From Candidatus Bathyarchaeia archaeon (GTDB taxonomy: Archaea; Thermoproteota; Bathyarchaeia; Bathyarchaeales; Bathycorpusculaceae), in assembly GCA_049969855.1 (NCBI GenBank), contig JBMFOB010000007.1:1-57984 (forward strand): a DNA stretch of 57,984 nucleotides. The letters are read 5' to 3'. The notes beneath the pieces are model-generated. The model saw only the letters and a list, made by a program, of their open reading frames with translations. It had not been told where the DNA came from and made no database searches. Shown piece by piece: positions 55,071 through 57,984 of the stretch (the first letter of the stretch is position 1; each line of letters begins with the position of its first letter). A program made the position numbers and the translations under genes.

Positions 55071-56751
55071 GGCTTGGTCCTTCCGCATTTTCGGTAGGAG
55101 TGCGCCTTCATTTCTAAAGCATGTAATCGAGTTTAAGGATTATCTTGAAAGGGCAAAAATCAAGATTTACCCTCCAACTTATGTTTCCTTAATGTTTTTC
55201 ATTGCCTTTTTGACGCTTCCAATATCAATAGTGTCCGTAGTTATTCTGTATCTCTACGGTTTCATTCCAATAATTTTCCTTGTGCCGCTTCCATTTTATG
55301 TGATGATAGGCTTTCTTCTAATACCAATCTCAAGGGCTGGCGAAAGGGCAAGCAACCTTGAAAGGGAAATGCCCTTCGCAGCCGCTTACATCAGCGTTAT
55401 GGCTTCTGGCGGCATAGCCCCATACACAAGTTTTAAGCGCCTTGCAGAAGTCGAATTAATGCCTGCCATGAAAAGCGAGGCAAAGGAAATAATAAAAGAT
55501 GTGGAGATTTTTGGAATAGACCCACTATCAGCTATAGAGAATGCGGCAAAGAAAAATCCCCTTGATGTTTTCAAAGATTTCCTATCCGGTTATGCCTCAA
55601 CAGTAATCATAGGCGGAGACATTGGACATTTTCTTGAAAGGAAAGCTGAAGATATTTTCAAGACAAGAGCCCTGCGTGTTAAGGCTGCGGCTGAAAGGCT
55701 TGGAATGCTATTGGAAACTTTCATAATTGTGATGGTTCTAATGTCCCTCTGTTTCTACATCCTATTCAGCGTAGAATCCATTTACAGCGTTGGCATATCC
55801 ATGTATTCAGGCATAATTTTGTACACTTATTTGTTTACGCCTATGCTTTCTTTCATGTTCATCTATTTGGCGCATAGCATGCAACCTAAAACGCCAGTGG
55901 TGGAAATGCGTCCATACAAGGTTTATGGAGTTTGCGGCGTCATAGCCATAATATTATTTATGCTGTTGACAAACTTTATGGGCTTAATAGAAGTACCACT
56001 TTTCAGCGCTTTCCAGACCATTATTGACTTGCCCGTTGCCATTGCCATATGTCTCTTCGTAGCTACAGCGCCCGCCGCCGTGGTTAATAGCAGACTTTCA
56101 AAGAAGAAGGCAAGCATAGAACAAGGCATCAACAGCTTCCTAAGAGATTTAACAGAAGTAAGAAAGACTGGTTTATCCCCTGAAAAATGCATTGAAAGCC
56201 TTTCCAACCGAGATTACGGCGAATTCAGCAAAGAACTGCGCAAAATAAGCTCCGAAATCAGTTGGGGAGTCCCGGTAAGAAAGGTAATACTGGATTTTGT
56301 TAAGCGAATGCGAAGCTGGATGGCTCAGATTGTCATGTTTCTACTTGTTGAAACAATAGATGTTGGTGGTGGAACAATAGCGATGATAGAGTCTCTGGCA
56401 AGATTTAACAATTTGACGCAGGAAGTTGAAAAAGAGAAGAAGATGGCAGTGCGTCCATACATTTTAATGCCATATTTTGCTGCTATTCTCCTTGTGGCAA
56501 CAACAACGATGATGATAGGTTTTACGTCAGGAACTCTTGGAGTGGCTGAAGCTGGCGGTCAGAAGAAGGACTTAAGTTCGCTTGTGATGACTTTTACTAC
56601 TTCATGCATTTTCCACAGCTATTTGATTGGTATTGTGGCTGGCAAAATTAGCGAGGAATCTGTTGCTGCTGGCTTTAAGCATGCTTCTGTTCTGGTGATT
56701 ATTGCTGTTTTGGCAGCGAAGTTGGTGCCTATGTTTATAAGTTTCGGTTAG
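55048..56751 (+). CDS. Type II secretion system F / TadC-ArlJ-like membrane platform protein (two T2SSF domains)
   Basis: Two repeats (EMPFAAAY..VMASGG and FLRDLTEVRKTG..P); multiple TMs; follows the ATPase. Confidence 0.9.
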   Translation: MPFLETLEAWSFRIFGRSAPSFLKHVIEFKDYLERAKIKIYPPTYVSLMFFIAFLTLPISIVSVVILYLYGFIPIIFLVPLPFYVMIGFLLIPISRAGERASNLEREMPFAAAYISVMASGGIAPYTSFKRLAEVELMPAMKSEAKEIIKDVEIFGIDPLSAIENAAKKNPLDVFKDFLSGYASTVIIGGDIGHFLERKAEDIFKTRALRVKAAAERLGMLLETFIIVMVLMSLCFYILFSVESIYSVGISMYSGIILYTYLFTPMLSFMFIYLAHSMQPKTPVVEMRPYKVYGVCGVIAIILFMLLTNFMGLIEVPLFSAFQTIIDLPVAIAICLFVATAPAAVVNSRLSKKKASIEQGINSFLRDLTEVRKTGLSPEKCIESLSNRDYGEFSKELRKISSEISWGVPVRKVILDFVKRMRSWMAQIVMFLLVETIDVGGGTIAMIESLARFNNLTQEVEKEKKMAVRPYILMPYFAAILLVATTTMMIGFTSGTLGVAEAGGQKKDLSSLVMTFTTSCIFHSYLIGIVAGKISEESVAAGFKHASVLVIIAVLAAKLVPMFISFG

Positions 56752-56763
56752 GAGGGGGAAACA

Positions 56764-57606
56764 ATTAAGAAAACCGTAGGGTTCAGGTTAAGAAAAGATG
56801 GGAGAGGGATTAGTCCAGCAATTTCCACTGTTATATTAACAAGTGCTGTAGTTGTGCTTCTTCTTGTGGCTGTTGTTTTTGCGAATAACTTTTTGACTGC
56901 GAGGATGGCGGAGAACGAGTTTAGTGCTGTGAAGCAGTTTATGCAGACTGTTGGGCTTCAAATTGATGATGTGGCTTGGATTATTGGGCGGACGCAGACA
57001 GTTCGTTATGCGAGTAAGTATGGGGAGGTTAATTTTGAAAGTGCTGCTTTGAATTATACTGTTTATGTGAATGGAACTGTTTACTTTGTTAACTATACTA
57101 CGGGTATTCTTTTGTTCAATATGCCTATAAGCAAATATTCTGTTGGAAATAACTATTATGAAAGCATATTTCCCTCCAACAAGTCTTTTCTTCAGGTTGG
57201 GTCTTCGGCGCCTGTAAGTTATGTTTATGTTGTTGAGAAATTGCCTATGAATGATGGCGATTACGTAAGGGTTGTTGTTGTTCCAATAATTAGAGTGTTG
57301 AATTCAACGATATCTGCTGGTGGGACTGTGAAGAACTATTTCAAATTTTATTTGCCTATTCTTTCTGCTGGGGAGAATCCTCGTTTTTCTCAGTCTGTAA
57401 CGCTTACGGGAAGGAACGTTTCAGTTAAAACTATAGATGGCGTTAATTCGGTTAATATCAGTGTTTCTTTTCCGAAGAGCAGTTTAGGCTTTGGTCAAGG
57501 CTTTTTCAATTTTGATAAAACGGTGGAAATATTGAATGTTCCAAGCGGCTCCATTATTGAGTTTTACACTGGTGAGGTGGTTGTTTCTTTAGGAATGCAT
57601 AGTTAG
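56764..57606 (+). CDS. Type IV pilin-like protein with class III signal peptide
   Basis: In-frame extension IKKTVGFRLRKDGRG|ISPAISTVILTSAVVVLLLVAVVFA; SD GGAGGGG at 56751-56757; apparent ATT start at 56764. Confidence 0.75.
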   Translation: MKKTVGFRLRKDGRGISPAISTVILTSAVVVLLLVAVVFANNFLTARMAENEFSAVKQFMQTVGLQIDDVAWIIGRTQTVRYASKYGEVNFESAALNYTVYVNGTVYFVNYTTGILLFNMPISKYSVGNNYYESIFPSNKSFLQVGSSAPVSYVYVVEKLPMNDGDYVRVVVVPIIRVLNSTISAGGTVKNYFKFYLPILSAGENPRFSQSVTLTGRNVSVKTIDGVNSVNISVSFPKSSLGFGQGFFNFDKTVEILNVPSGSIIEFYTGEVVVSLGMHS

Positions 57607-57618
57607 GGAGGGTTATGG

Positions 57619-57984
57619 GTGCCGCATGTGACTATTGAGTATGTTATTATGGTTCCAGTTTTGATTTTGCAGATTTTTCTCTTTCCTTTGGCGGCGAGTT
57701 GGCTTATGAATATTTGGGTTGATTCGCGTAGGACGCTTGCGCTTCAGGAGGCTGCAAGCCATTTGGGAAGTAGTATACAACAAGTTTATTCCGCTTTAAA
57801 TCATGATTCGATATCTGCTGGGACTGTGACGCAGAAGGTGGATGTTCCGCTATTTATAGAAAATTATCCGTATGTTGGAAATGCCACTTTAAAGACTGTT
57901 TTGGATCCTTATCTGAATACAAGTAAAGTTTTGGAGATAACGGTTAGGCTAGCGACTGTTGGAACTACTGTGACGACTTCTGTT
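57619..57984 (+). CDS. Minor pilin-like (TadE-like) protein, partial at window end
   Basis: GTG at 57619 after GGAGG; MPHVTIEYVIMVPVLILQIFLFPLAA..., open to the end of the window. Confidence 0.7.
   Translation, partial: MPHVTIEYVIMVPVLILQIFLFPLAASWLMNIWVDSRRTLALQEAASHLGSSIQQVYSALNHDSISAGTVTQKVDVPLFIENYPYVGNATLKTVLDPYLNTSKVLEITVRLATVGTTVTTSV

Noticed and set aside
881-56207. Numerous antisense and alternate-frame ORFs in the track (e.g. 5841-6377, 18639-19097, 23528-24040, 24884-25330, 49707-50297, 53506-53931)
   Set aside because: They are shadows of well-supported genes, with no motifs or initiation signals.
1-57984. CRISPR arrays, IS elements, integrases, proviral genes
   Set aside because: No regularly spaced repeats, terminal inverted repeats, transposase or integrase motifs were seen by eye.

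Overview
Archaeal chromosomal window. The gene set (TBP, RadA, aLhr, Rqc2/NEMF, geranylgeranyl reductase, AS-AR asparagine synthetase, Cren7-like proteins, CofE, archaeal type IV pilus ATPase) and BRE/TATA-type promoters suggest a TACK lineage, most likely Bathyarchaeia; the lineage is an inference. The window opens with the 3' end of a 16S rRNA gene that is not followed by tRNA-Ala or 23S, then runs through housekeeping genes. Notable loci, in order: (1) a radA-coupled hypothetical protein ending in a PIP-box-like motif; (2) a divergent PadR pair sharing a 16-bp promoter motif with a Grs/Gms-family tetraether-lipid radical SAM gene; (3) tandem Zn-ribbon Cren7-like genes, one missed by the ORF track, near an aKMT-like lysine methyltransferase; (4) an ArsR-bactofilin-ABC operon; (5) a two-gene unit of a wHTH-fused KaiC/RecA ATPase and an HTH-fused divergent ATP-dependent DNA ligase; (6) an Lrp/asnA divergon; (7) an S-layer and glycosylation cluster with a 1530-aa GT2/GT-C/CBM fusion; (8) an adhesin plus type IV pilus locus whose first pilin appears to lack a canonical start codon. 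Two pseudogene remnants were found. No CRISPR array, tRNA, transposase or intein was recognised. All family calls come from motif recognition by eye; no database searches were run.
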